Below, piece after piece: positions 19,937 through 29,276 of a stretch of DNA of 64,000 nt (position 1 is its first letter; the number at the start of each line of letters is the position of its first letter). The stretch lies in IMG/VR virus record IMGVR_UViG_3300025934_000014, positions 32,001 to 96,000 of that record; one strand, 5' to 3'. The notes beneath the pieces are model-generated. The model was not told the DNA's origin, made no database searches, and saw only the letters and a list, made by a program, of their open reading frames with translations. Source of the DNA: a virus. Lineage: Duplodnaviria; Caudoviricetes. Both the position numbers and the translations under genes were made by a program.

Positions 19937-21805
19937 ATGGCTGATCTGACGCGCGTCATCCTCTCGACTCCCTCCCTGCTGAGCGCGATCACGCTGAGCG
20001 GCACGGGCAAGCGCAGTTGGATCCAACTCGCGCGTACGGGTTCCTTCACGTCCAGTCGCTACGGCAAGTTCAGCATCACCAAGGACGACCTGTCCTCGAT
20101 GCTGCACAACTTCAAGACCATCACGCCGAAGAACCCGACCGAACTGCCGATTGATTGGGACCACCTCTCGATGGACCCCAAGAAGCCGGGCGACGGGGCG
20201 GCAGCGGCGTGGATGAAGAACCTTGAACTGCGTGACGACGGCGACACGCTCTGGGCCGAGGTCGAGTGGACGCCGAAGGGCATGGACGCGGTCGAGAACA
20301 AGGAGTACCGGTTCATCAGCCCGTCGTTCGTGAAGAACCACACGCACAAGGACGGGTCGAAGATCGGCACGACGTTGCTGGCGGCGGCGATCACGAATCA
20401 TCCGTTCCTTGAAGGGATGACGGCGCTGTCGCTCTACTCGTGCAAGGAAGTGCCGTTCATGGACTTCACCAAGACGGGGACGCTCGATGTGTCCGCGCAC
20501 GAACTGGTGAACCTGTCCACGACGGAAGGCACCAAGGCCGGGATGCGCGTCATGATCGCGCCGGGCAACGCCCGGACGCAGGACGAGATCGGCGCGACAT
20601 TCGAGATTGCCGAAGTGGTCGGGGAAGGGGACGACGCCTTCGTGTCCGTGAAGGATGCGAACGGCATGATCCACAAGTGGTTCCGCGCGACGGAACTGCT
20701 GCCTGCCAGTGCGACACCCGCCAACCCTCAGCATCCGGGCCTGACGCCGGGCGCAGCGCCGACCGTGCCGGTGCCGGGCCTGCCGGGACCGGGGGTGCCG
20801 GGGATCCCCGGTGCGCCGGGCGTGGTGCCGCCACAGGCTCCTATCGCGGCGCTGCCGGGCCAGCAGGGTGTTGCGCCCAACACAGCGGCGGTGGTGAATC
20901 CGACCAACCCGAATACGCCGGTGACGGATCCAGCGGCTCCCGTGACCCCGCAGGTACCGAATCCGGTCGGGGCCAAGCTGGAACAGAAAGCCGCTGGCTC
21001 GCAGGAGAAGGACGGCGCGGACGGCAAGGGCGGCAATCCCTTCGCGAAGGGCGAGGGCGACAAGAAGCCCGACGTGAGCGCGAAGGTCGATAAGGGTGCC
21101 GACGGCGAAGCCACGGTCGTCACCAAATCCGGGACCGACGGCGACGAGTCAAAAGTCGCCGCTGTCGTCAACAACCTGCCGCTTCCAGACGAGTTGAAGC
21201 AAGCCATCGCGGCTGCGTTGGCTGCGGCTGCGGCCAACCCACAGCAGAAGGGAATGCACATGAAGTTCATGCTGAAGAACGACGCCGGTGGCGAGGTGGA
21301 AGTCAGCCTCGAACAGTTGGAAGCCGCTGGCGTCAAGATCGTCAAGGACGGCGAGACGGTCATCCCGAAGGCGGACCTGACCAACTTGCAGTCGCAGGTG
21401 GTGTCGCTGTCTTCACGGCTCGATCAGACCGAGAAGGAAAAGTCCACGGCGGCGATGACGGTCGAACTGAACCGGCTGTCGCAGGGCGCGTTCATCACGA
21501 AGCCCGAGCGCGACTGGGCCGAGAAGATGTGGAAGGACACCGTGGACCTCTCCGGGTTCCGCGAGTGGGCCGCGACCAAGACCACGCCCGTTATCTCGCT
21601 GAACAAGGAGCACGGCTCCGGCGGCAAGGCCGAAGGCGATGCGAAGACCAACGGCGAGCAGGCCGAGGAGAAGCTGATCGAACTGTCGCGGAAGATCGCG
21701 AAGGACGAAGGCATCTCGCTGCGGGACGCGACGATCAAGGCGGGAACGCAGTTGGCGGGTGACGCCGAAGCGTACCGCGAGCGGTTCGCCTCGGCGGACG
21801 CGTAA
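19937..21805 (+). CDS. Mu gpI-like prohead protease fused to scaffold
   Basis: WIQLARTG..PIDWDH..AAAW..LWAEVEWT..EYRFISPSF..AAITNHPFL, then Pro-rich linker and coiled-coil C-terminus. Confidence 0.9.
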   Translation: MADLTRVILSTPSLLSAITLSGTGKRSWIQLARTGSFTSSRYGKFSITKDDLSSMLHNFKTITPKNPTELPIDWDHLSMDPKKPGDGAAAAWMKNLELRDDGDTLWAEVEWTPKGMDAVENKEYRFISPSFVKNHTHKDGSKIGTTLLAAAITNHPFLEGMTALSLYSCKEVPFMDFTKTGTLDVSAHELVNLSTTEGTKAGMRVMIAPGNARTQDEIGATFEIAEVVGEGDDAFVSVKDANGMIHKWFRATELLPASATPANPQHPGLTPGAAPTVPVPGLPGPGVPGIPGAPGVVPPQAPIAALPGQQGVAPNTAAVVNPTNPNTPVTDPAAPVTPQVPNPVGAKLEQKAAGSQEKDGADGKGGNPFAKGEGDKKPDVSAKVDKGADGEATVVTKSGTDGDESKVAAVVNNLPLPDELKQAIAAALAAAAANPQQKGMHMKFMLKNDAGGEVEVSLEQLEAAGVKIVKDGETVIPKADLTNLQSQVVSLSSRLDQTEKEKSTAAMTVELNRLSQGAFITKPERDWAEKMWKDTVDLSGFREWAATKTTPVISLNKEHGSGGKAEGDAKTNGEQAEEKLIELSRKIAKDEGISLRDATIKAGTQLAGDAEAYRERFASADA

Positions 21806-21915
21806 TCACGATCCACTCGTGTAGGGGCCGCATCCACGGTCCCGAACCACCTCACTGCCCGTGAGGTGCCGGAGAGGGATCTCCGGATCGCGAGTGACAA
21901 GGGCTGCACGGGATT

Positions 21916-21974
21916 GGGCCTCCCTGCCTGCACGCGACCAGTGGTGTCGTGGCGGTAGTGGAGGCCCGTTTTTT
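21916..21974 (+). terminator. Long hairpin plus T-run (intrinsic terminator/attenuator-like)
   Basis: GGGCCTCC 21916-21923 pairs with GGAGGCCC 21960-21967, inner pairing continues, followed by TTTTTT 21969-21974. Confidence 0.6.
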
Positions 21975-22032
21975 GTGGCCCGACCTTTTTGACTTTGGCA
22001 GGAACAGCGTTACCAGAGGAGCGGAGACGAGC

Positions 22033-22428
22033 ATGCGCATTCATATGCCCGGCATGGACATGACGCTGGAATCAGCGGCGGACCTGTCCACCCATCAGTA
22101 CAAGTTCGTGATTGGAGCGGCAGCAGTCGCGGGTGGTCAGCAGGCGCGTGTCAACGTGTCCGGCGCGAATGGCCGCTCCATCGGCATCCTCCAGAACAAG
22201 CCGTCGGCGGCGGGACTGGGGGCGGTCGTCCGCGTGAGCGGCCGGTCGAAGCTCCAGACCGACACCAGCGCCATCCTCGTCGGCTCGCCGCTCAAGGCGG
22301 GTCCGGCTGGTGAAGGCTCGCTGGCAGCGGCGGACAAGGACAAGGTCGGCGCGATTGCGATGGAAGCCAATGGTGGCGCGGCCATCATCATCGACTCGCT
22401 GATCATGCAGTACGACCTCGCGGTCTAA
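22033..22428 (+). CDS. Capsid cement/decoration protein (DUF2190-like)
   Basis: AADL..QYKFV..IGILQNKP..G..AVVRVSG.SK; GGAG RBS; sits between scaffold and capsid. Confidence 0.75.
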   Translation: MRIHMPGMDMTLESAADLSTHQYKFVIGAAAVAGGQQARVNVSGANGRSIGILQNKPSAAGLGAVVRVSGRSKLQTDTSAILVGSPLKAGPAGEGSLAAADKDKVGAIAMEANGGAAIIIDSLIMQYDLAV

Positions 22429-22540
22429 CGCGAGGTGTTCGACATCGTTGGGACAGCGGACGCGCGACCGCACGCTGAGTGCCGGAGGCACCGTGTCGCG
22501 GGGGTCACTGTCATGAACCGTTTGAGCAAGGGCGACATCA

Positions 22541-23467
22541 ATGCCGCTGATCACATCCGTTAAATTCGACCAACTGCTGACGAACATCTCGTTGCAGTTT
22601 GCCGCAGCGCCCGAAGGCTATCTGGCCGACGAAGTGCTGCCGCCGGTCCCGGTCGCCAAGGAGTCAGCGGCGTACTGGGTCTACGACAAGAGCCGCATGG
22701 ACGCGCCGGACTCCAAGCGTGCGCCACGCAGCCAGTACAACCGGATCGACTGGAACGTCACCACGGACACCTACTTGGCCGAACAGTACGGCCTTGAAGG
22801 GGAGATTGACGACGAGGAGCGCAAGAACGCCGCTTCGCCGCTCGACCTCGACGTGGATACGACCGAGATCGTGACGGACATGGTCCTGAACAACCGCGAG
22901 AAGCGGGTGGCGGACCTTGTGCTGAACCCGGCAATCATCACGAACAACATCACGCTGACCGGTGGCGATCAGTGGAGCGATGCCGCGAACAGCGACCCGC
23001 TCGATGATGCGAAGAATGCGCGGACCACGATCTACACCGGCGCACCGGGGTACGGCCCGAACACGATGCTCATGGGCTACCTCGTGTTCGAGGCGCTGAA
23101 GATCCATCCCGACATCAAGGAGATCGTCAAGTACACCGAACGGGCGATCATCACGCGCCAGATTCTGGCGGCGGTGTTCGAGGTGGACGAAGTCCTCGTC
23201 GGCAAGGTGATTCGCCGCGTGTCCAAGGAAGGCGCGGTCGATGCCTTCGCGGACGTGTGGGGCAAGGACGTGCTCCTGTTCTACAAGGAGAGCCGCCCCT
23301 CGCTCAAGCGTGCGTCGTTCGGCTACCAGATGCGGACGAGCGATCTGCGCGTCTTCCGGTATCGGGAGGACAAGCGGGATACCGACGTGATCCGGGTCAG
23401 CGAGAAGCAGGACGAGAAGATCGTCAGCGCCGCGCTGGCGTACTTGATCAAGGGCGCGGTTGCGTAG
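22541..23467 (+). CDS. Major capsid protein (lambda E-like family)
   Basis: DQLLTNIS..YLADEVLP.VPV..Y..YD..E.RVADLV..WSD..SDP; size and position fit. Confidence 0.85.
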   Translation: MPLITSVKFDQLLTNISLQFAAAPEGYLADEVLPPVPVAKESAAYWVYDKSRMDAPDSKRAPRSQYNRIDWNVTTDTYLAEQYGLEGEIDDEERKNAASPLDLDVDTTEIVTDMVLNNREKRVADLVLNPAIITNNITLTGGDQWSDAANSDPLDDAKNARTTIYTGAPGYGPNTMLMGYLVFEALKIHPDIKEIVKYTERAIITRQILAAVFEVDEVLVGKVIRRVSKEGAVDAFADVWGKDVLLFYKESRPSLKRASFGYQMRTSDLRVFRYREDKRDTDVIRVSEKQDEKIVSAALAYLIKGAVA

Positions 23468-23510
23468 GTGATTCGGGCGCGGGTTTCGGCTCGCGCCCAG
23501 TCAACGCCTC

Positions 23511-23972
23511 ATGCCCTACGCCACCCTCGATGACGTGCAGCGGAGGATGCCGCAGTTCCAACTGACGGCGACCTCCAAGCCTGCCGCCGATTCGGCGCAA
23601 GTGTTTCTCGATGACACACACGCGCAGTTCGACGCGGCGATGGAGAACCTTGGCTACAAGATTCCCATTACCGGCGCACGGTCACTGGCGCAATCGAAAG
23701 AGATCGTCAGTCAGGGGGCGATCTGCAAGATTCTCTACGCGCGTGCGGCAGCGGTCGGCACCGAGGTCACAATGCAGAGCGCCGACCGCGCCTGCAAGCA
23801 GTACGAGAACGCGCTGAAATTATTGGCGGACCCGAACAGTCCGATTGAATTCACGGACGCGGAACGCACGGACGACATGGTGCCGAAGCCCGGTGGTGCC
23901 CCGATGGGCCTCATCTTCGATGACTGCGGCAACCGCATCGAGCCGCGCGTGACGATGAACATGAAGTTCTGA
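23511..23972 (+). CDS. Head-tail connector (Mu gp36-like)
   Basis: MPYAT.DDV N-terminus; follows capsid gene. Confidence 0.7.
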   Translation: MPYATLDDVQRRMPQFQLTATSKPAADSAQVFLDDTHAQFDAAMENLGYKIPITGARSLAQSKEIVSQGAICKILYARAAAVGTEVTMQSADRACKQYENALKLLADPNSPIEFTDAERTDDMVPKPGGAPMGLIFDDCGNRIEPRVTMNMKF

Positions 23973-23973
23973 G

Positions 23974-24513
23974 ATGCCGAACCAGCCTCAAGGCATCCTG
24001 AGTTTCACCGTCATCGGTGACGAAGCCGTCAAGGCGGGGATGGCCGCGCTGTTGGCGTCGGTGCAGGATCTGACGCCGTTCTGGCGTGACGTGTTCGCGC
24101 CGAAGTACTTCGGGATGGTGCAGGACTTGTTCGCCACCAGCGGCACGCCGCGTGGCGAGGGCGGACGGTTCATTGGTGGACCGTGGGCCAAGCTGTCTCC
24201 GAGGTATCGCATCTGGAAGACGGCGAACTATCCGGGGTTGCCGATCCTCACGCGCGAGGGTCGGCTGCGGAACTCGCTGGCGTGGAACGGATCGAACGTC
24301 GGACCCGAAGGCATCTTTGAAGCCCACCCGATGTTTGCGGTGGCTGGCACCTCGGTGCCCTACGGCAAGTTTCACCAGTGGGGCACGAGCAAGATGCCTG
24401 CGCGGCCGTTTCTGCCGCCGCCGGATCCAGCGGTGTTCGCGCCGTTGCTCCACGCGTGGCTCGTGAAAGCGCACGACACAGGATCGGCGTCCGCGCCGTC
24501 GGCAGGGTCATGA
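23974..24513 (+). CDS. Virion morphogenesis / tail completion protein (Mu gpG-like)
   Basis: IL..EGRLRNSL..GTSVPYG.FHQWGT.KMPARPFL. Confidence 0.85.
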   Translation: MPNQPQGILSFTVIGDEAVKAGMAALLASVQDLTPFWRDVFAPKYFGMVQDLFATSGTPRGEGGRFIGGPWAKLSPRYRIWKTANYPGLPILTREGRLRNSLAWNGSNVGPEGIFEAHPMFAVAGTSVPYGKFHQWGTSKMPARPFLPPPDPAVFAPLLHAWLVKAHDTGSASAPSAGS

Positions 24514-24516
24514 CGG

Positions 24517-24987
24517 ATGTTTCACGTTACGCAGGCCAAGCGAAAGTTGCGCGACCGGTTGCAGGCCGAGTTGCCGGGGCGACTGGCCGAAGCCGACATG
24601 GCGGCTGGCGACGGCATCGTGACGCCGCCGCCGTACGAGATCCACACGACGGACAAGGCGGACCTCGGCGGCTTGCCGTCGCTCGAACTGATCGTGACGG
24701 ACTCGTCCCCGCAAGTGAATTCGTACTCGCGGGTGATGCGGCATCGCGTGGTGATCGGCGTGTCGATTGGCGGCGACACCGAGGAAACCATCTCGATCCA
24801 GTTGGAACGCTACCTGTGGTGCCTGCGAGCCATCGCGCGGGATTCGCATCTGACGCCCATCGAGGGCACCGGGCCACTCGACACAGGGGGCGAGCAGTAC
24901 ACGCCGCTGCAAAAGCGTCCGGAAACCGTCGAGACTCCGTTTGTGAAGGGCGGGTTCTTGGAAGTCTTCATCACCACGGTGGAGTAG
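24517..24987 (+). CDS. Putative tail terminator
   Basis: Size and position before tail tube gene. Confidence 0.5.
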   Translation: MFHVTQAKRKLRDRLQAELPGRLAEADMAAGDGIVTPPPYEIHTTDKADLGGLPSLELIVTDSSPQVNSYSRVMRHRVVIGVSIGGDTEETISIQLERYLWCLRAIARDSHLTPIEGTGPLDTGGEQYTPLQKRPETVETPFVKGGFLEVFITTVE

Positions 24988-25020
24988 TGGCACCGACCAG
25001 TTTCGTCTGAGGAGTAACGA

Positions 25021-26043
25021 ATGGCCCAGAATCCAGCAAACATACACATCGGTGCCGCGAGAATCTTTCTCGGTGTGACGCCGCCTGCGACGGGCAACCC
25101 GCCGCAGCTACTGGTTCACAACGACGGCACGCCCTTGTCCGGCGTTGAGGTCGGCTACACGCAGGACGCGGCGACGTTCACCTACAAGCAGAACAAGCAA
25201 GAGGTGGTCGCGGAGCAGTCGTTGAACCCGGTCGATGTCTTCGTGGTCAGCGAAGAAATCCAGATCGAGTTCACGGCGATGGAGCACGTCTACACCACGC
25301 TGAAGGCCGCGTTCGACAACGTCGGATCGGACGACGATGCCGCTCGCATGCTGTTCTGGGGTGGCGACGGTGGCAACCTGATCAGCGTGCAGACGCAGTG
25401 CGTGGCGCTGACCTCGCGCATCCGCACGTCGCCCAAGAAGTTCGAGGTGCTGTGTCTCTATCGCGTGTACAACGTGGAAGGTGTCGCCATCCCGTACAAC
25501 CGGACGGGTGAGGCCATCTACAAGATCACGCTCAAGGGACTCGTGGACGCCAAGCGCACGGCGGGGGATCGCTTGTTCCAGTGGTTCCGCGAGAAGGCTG
25601 CTCCGCTGGCGACGGGCGCGGTGGCCGGAGCACCGGGTTCGTGGTATCCGACCGGATCGAGCGTGCCGATGACTCAGTCGGAAATGGGCGGCGTCCAGCC
25701 GGTCGATGCGACCGGGTTGATCGTGACGGCGCACTGGACGGTCGGGCAGTACGTGACGCTCGACAACGGCTCGAAGGTCTACTGGAACGAGTCGGCGTGG
25801 GTGCCGGGGATCGTTCCGGCGACGTACCCGATGACCAAGGCGACCCAAGTTCCCGGTGCGGCAGGCACGTGGTCGCCCACGGGCGGCACGATCCCGATGC
25901 ACCTGTCGGACATGGGGACCATTACGCCGGTTCCGGCGTCGGCGTGGGTCGAAGGCTCGTTCATGACGTTGGGCGATTCGTCCAAGTGCTACTGGAACAA
26001 CGCGGTCTGGGTGCAGGGAGTCGCACCCGCTGCGCTCGTGTAG
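25021..26043 (+). CDS. Major tail tube protein with two C-terminal Trp-rich repeats
   Basis: GAGGAG RBS; NIHIGAA..VGYT.D..F.Y..EQ; two ~70 aa repeats G.W.PTG..P..W..G...TL..S..YWN..W..G. Confidence 0.8.
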   Translation: MAQNPANIHIGAARIFLGVTPPATGNPPQLLVHNDGTPLSGVEVGYTQDAATFTYKQNKQEVVAEQSLNPVDVFVVSEEIQIEFTAMEHVYTTLKAAFDNVGSDDDAARMLFWGGDGGNLISVQTQCVALTSRIRTSPKKFEVLCLYRVYNVEGVAIPYNRTGEAIYKITLKGLVDAKRTAGDRLFQWFREKAAPLATGAVAGAPGSWYPTGSSVPMTQSEMGGVQPVDATGLIVTAHWTVGQYVTLDNGSKVYWNESAWVPGIVPATYPMTKATQVPGAAGTWSPTGGTIPMHLSDMGTITPVPASAWVEGSFMTLGDSSKCYWNNAVWVQGVAPAALV

Positions 26044-26168
26044 ATCGGTTCGTGGCGGGAGACGCTTTCCGGGCGGTTGGCGTCTCCTGCCTTCTTCACT
26101 GGTCCTGAGCAGACCGACTCTCATCGGTCATTCCGGGTGACGCGGCCCCGGATAAAGGAGCCTTCCTC

Positions 26169-26612
26169 GTGGGCATCACCAATAAACAACGCGGCGGTCA
26201 ACTGCTCCCCGGCCTCGGGCCGTGGGTGGATGTGCCGTTCAACGCGGCGAACTTCTTGGGCGCTGGTGGCATGACGTGGGCAGTCACGGCGGCTCCGTAC
26301 ATCAACCGCTACTGCCGTATCGGGAATCTTGTTGTCTGGAATCTCTGGGTCGCCGCGAATTCGACGCTGGGCGGCACGGCAGGGAATCAGGTGACGTTGC
26401 TGGCTCCGACGCCGGGGAAAGTCGCGCGGTATGCGGAAGTTCACGCGCAGCTTGGGGTGCAAGCCCCGGCGGAATTAGGACTCGGCAAACTGGCCCCGTC
26501 GAGTGCGGGAGTGGGCGGACAGGTCGGACTGAATCGCGTGCCGCTCGCCAATTTCACGTTGGGATCGCTGCAAGTGCAATTCACGATCATGTACGAGTAC
26601 GGCGACACGTAG
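26169..26612 (+). CDS. MGITxKQRG-family beta-rich virion accessory protein 1
   Basis: AAGGAG RBS; NRYCRIGN..W..Y motif typical of fibre-tip domains. Confidence 0.7.
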   Translation: MGITNKQRGGQLLPGLGPWVDVPFNAANFLGAGGMTWAVTAAPYINRYCRIGNLVVWNLWVAANSTLGGTAGNQVTLLAPTPGKVARYAEVHAQLGVQAPAELGLGKLAPSSAGVGGQVGLNRVPLANFTLGSLQVQFTIMYEYGDT

Positions 26613-26618
26613 GGCCAC

Positions 26619-27044
26619 ATGGGTATTACCAATAAGCAGCGCGGCGGACAGCTACTGCCCGGACTGGGCCTCTGGACGGATGTGCCGTTCGACCCGGCGA
26701 ACTTCTACGCCAGCGGCGCAATGACGTGGGCGCTGACGCCGCCGCTGATCACGAACCGGTACTGTCGGATCGGGAACGCCATCATCTGGAACTTCTATGC
26801 AGGGACGACCACGATTGGCGGCACGCCGGGGTTGAACCTGTTCCTGAAGTGCCCGACCGGGATGTCCAAGTACGCGATGGGCACCGGCCTCACGCTCAAC
26901 GGTGCGCCGGTCGTGCCGTTGATGGTCAAGGGGAACGCGGGGAATCCCGGTGTCATCGGCCTCGGGCTGATCTCGAACGCGGCCTTTGTGGTCGGCGCGG
27001 CCCAAGTGCAGTTCAGCATCACGTACGAGTACGGCAACCCGTAG
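26619..27044 (+). CDS. MGITxKQRG-family protein 2 (paralog of 26169)
   Basis: Same N-terminus MGITNKQRGGQLLPGLG, NRYCRIGN, and QF.I.YEYG end. Confidence 0.75.
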   Translation: MGITNKQRGGQLLPGLGLWTDVPFDPANFYASGAMTWALTPPLITNRYCRIGNAIIWNFYAGTTTIGGTPGLNLFLKCPTGMSKYAMGTGLTLNGAPVVPLMVKGNAGNPGVIGLGLISNAAFVVGAAQVQFSITYEYGNP

Positions 27045-27057
27045 AGGAGCATCGACA

Positions 27058-27417
27058 ATGGGCATCACCAGCAAGCAGCGCGGTCGGCACCTGTTCCCCG
27101 AGGGGATCTCTGGTGCGGCGATCCGCTACACGGCCGATGGGCCGTTGCAGCAACTCTCCGGCGTCCACTCGCTCGCGAAGACCAGCGTGGGTGCGTTCAC
27201 GGTGGCCGCGCCGCAAGCGGACAACCTGCGCCTCACCGTGGTGAACCGCACCGCGTTCGCGCACGTGTTGACGGCGACGGGCTTGATCGATGACGGCACG
27301 GCGGCGGCGTCGAAGAACACCGCGACGTTCGCGGCCTTCCCCGGTGCGAGCATCGAGCTTGTCTCCGGCGGCGGGAAGTGGAACGCTCTCAGCAAGAACG
27401 CGGTCACGGTCGCGTAG
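27058..27417 (+). CDS. MGITxKQRG-family protein 3 (different body)
   Basis: GAGGAG RBS, ATG 27058, MGITSKQRGRHLFP. Confidence 0.7.
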   Translation: MGITSKQRGRHLFPEGISGAAIRYTADGPLQQLSGVHSLAKTSVGAFTVAAPQADNLRLTVVNRTAFAHVLTATGLIDDGTAAASKNTATFAAFPGASIELVSGGGKWNALSKNAVTVA

Positions 27418-27419
27418 TC

Positions 27420-27617
27420 ATGTACGTGCCGCGTATCGGAGACTTGGTGACGGTGCGCGGCCCGATCATCGGCGGCACGTACCGAGTGCGTCCGGCAGTG
27501 GTCACGGCAGCGGCTGGCGACATCGTCACGGCGAAGGTGGGGCACGGGTCGGAGGTCTACGTCGGCCTCCCGAAGTGGGTGCGCGGCGTGACGCCAGTCG
27601 GCTGGACCCGGTCATAA
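27420..27617 (+). CDS. Small SH3/KOW-like hypothetical protein
   Basis: PRIGDLV..RPAVVT pattern; starts 2 nt after previous stop. Confidence 0.5.
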   Translation: MYVPRIGDLVTVRGPIIGGTYRVRPAVVTAAAGDIVTAKVGHGSEVYVGLPKWVRGVTPVGWTRS

Positions 27618-27738
27618 GAGGCAGGGTGCGCTGGCTTCAGCGTGCTGCGCGATGGGCGTGGCGCGTGCTCGCGGCGCTCGTGGGCGGGAACTGAACGACC
27701 CGACTGGTATATCCAGCCGGGTCGTTGTGCGTACGGCG

Positions 27739-28194
27739 CTACTTGGGTTCGGGCGTGGTCCCCGGCAGCGTGCCGCTGGTTGGCGGTGGCGTGGTCGGCA
27801 GCGTGTTGTCGGGCACGAGGATCAGCCCCTGACACGCGAGCCATTTCACGACGAACTTCATGCCGGGGTGAATCACGCCACCGGGCAGCGTGTTGTCGAT
27901 CTCGCCGCCGCTACCGGGCAGCGTGTTGTCCGGCTTCGTCGGGTCGAACGGGAATACCGGCAGTGTGCCGATGGATCCCGGAGGGCCGACCGGCAGACCG
28001 TTGTCGGGACGCACCGGGCGTCCACCGCCGAAGCCCGGATCGACCGGACTCCATCCACCGCCCGGTCGGCCGTAACCGGGGTCTACGGGTCCACCGGGCA
28101 GCGCGTTGCCGGGGTACACGGGCGCACTGGGCAACCCGTTGTCGATGTCCACACCCTGCGGGGTGATGAACGTGATAATCGCGAGTCGTGACAT
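27739..28194 (-). CDS. Pro/Gly-rich protein with [PI]DN[GT]LP repeats
   Basis: AAGGAG RBS; about 6 copies of xDNxLP/PGNALP. Confidence 0.75.
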   Translation of the reverse strand: MSRLAIITFITPQGVDIDNGLPSAPVYPGNALPGGPVDPGYGRPGGGWSPVDPGFGGGRPVRPDNGLPVGPPGSIGTLPVFPFDPTKPDNTLPGSGGEIDNTLPGGVIHPGMKFVVKWLACQGLILVPDNTLPTTPPPTSGTLPGTTPEPK

Positions 28195-28243
28195 GGTCTT
28201 TGGATCTCCTTAAAACAAAAACAGCGAAGGGTTGGTGCGGGGT

Positions 28244-28405
28244 TCAGCGGAGGTGCAGGTTGCCGGTCAGGACCAGAATCAACAGAATCACGATGACCAA
28301 TCCGAGCAACCCGCCGTACTGCGGACCACCCCAGTTGGACCGGTACCCGTAGCCGCCGCCGCCGAGCAGAATCAGCACGATCAGGATGATCAACAGCGTG
28401 GTCAT
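28244..28405 (-). CDS. DUF3309-like small membrane protein (53 aa; missing from ORF track)
   Basis: Manual translation MTTLLIILIVLILLGGGGYGYRSNWGGPQYGGLLGLVIVILLILVLTGNLHLR; AAGGA RBS. Confidence 0.8.
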   Translation of the reverse strand: MTTLLIILIVLILLGGGGYGYRSNWGGPQYGGLLGLVIVILLILVLTGNLHLR

Positions 28406-28661
28406 GATGGTGTCCTTACGTGGGCCACGGAATCATCGAGGCGGTCAGAAACGCCAACCCCGCTGCCACCAGACGCGGATGGTACGGTTGGGTCTGTGGT
28501 GAAAGTGGAAACGTGGCGAGGACGAAACACACCAGCGCGAAGACGAGCAGGATCAGTCGAAGTACTGCCACTGGACCCTCCAACCCTGCACGCTAACACC
28601 ACGCGGCCGACTTTGCACGATAACCGCCGCTCGTGACAAGCACAGCTACAATCTCGGCTTC

Positions 28662-29276
28662 GTGGCCTACATCTTTCGCGGGGGTGTCCCGCTCGCGGTG
28701 CCGGTCGGGTACGCGACCGACCCGGCGCACGTGACCTTAGTGGCGCACCTGACCCGCCTGACGCGCTACGCCGATGCGGTCGCGTTCCTTGAAGCGCATC
28801 CCACTGACGGGTACCTCGCGGCCGACGTGCTGAACGGGGCGCTCTGGGCGAAGCGGTACCTGAACGCGTCGGCCCGGTTCTCGGCCGGACCTCCGAAGGA
28901 CCGGGCGCTGGCGCTCCGAGGCTGGCGTGCGCTCATGCACGTGCTGAATGGCACTCGCCCAAAAGTCGGGCGGCACCGGGAGCCGCCGCTGACGGCGGAA
29001 GCACTGGGGAGGGCAGCGGCCTCGGTCGCCCGGTGGCGGTCGGCGGTGGACGCGCTGTGGGGGCAGGAACGGGCCACGCTCGTCGCCCTGCTGCTTCAGA
29101 AGGCCGAGGGGCACTTCCGGGTATCGGTCGGCCATCGACGCGCCCTGAAGGCGCTGGCGCGGCGGAAGGGGCTGCGGAAGCGGGACGTGGTCCTGACGCT
29201 GGCCTCGTGGGATACCGGGCTGGCGCTCCGCCGGTTGCGGATGGCGACCTCGGTGGCGGACCTCGTCTACGCCTGA
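28662..29276 (+). CDS. Basic hypothetical protein
   Basis: 204 aa ORF filling the gap; TACAAT just upstream. Confidence 0.5.
   Translation: MAYIFRGGVPLAVPVGYATDPAHVTLVAHLTRLTRYADAVAFLEAHPTDGYLAADVLNGALWAKRYLNASARFSAGPPKDRALALRGWRALMHVLNGTRPKVGRHREPPLTAEALGRAAASVARWRSAVDALWGQERATLVALLLQKAEGHFRVSVGHRRALKALARRKGLRKRDVVLTLASWDTGLALRRLRMATSVADLVYA

Larger units (their letters stand above)
2033..21787 (+). repeat. Peptide tag D, Y-R-[DEQ]-[KR]-L, 8 copies plus YRERF at the scaffold C-terminus
   Basis: Tyr codons at 2033, 7357, 8693, 12529, 15285, 16212, 16247, 18307; YRERF at 21773. Confidence 0.85.
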
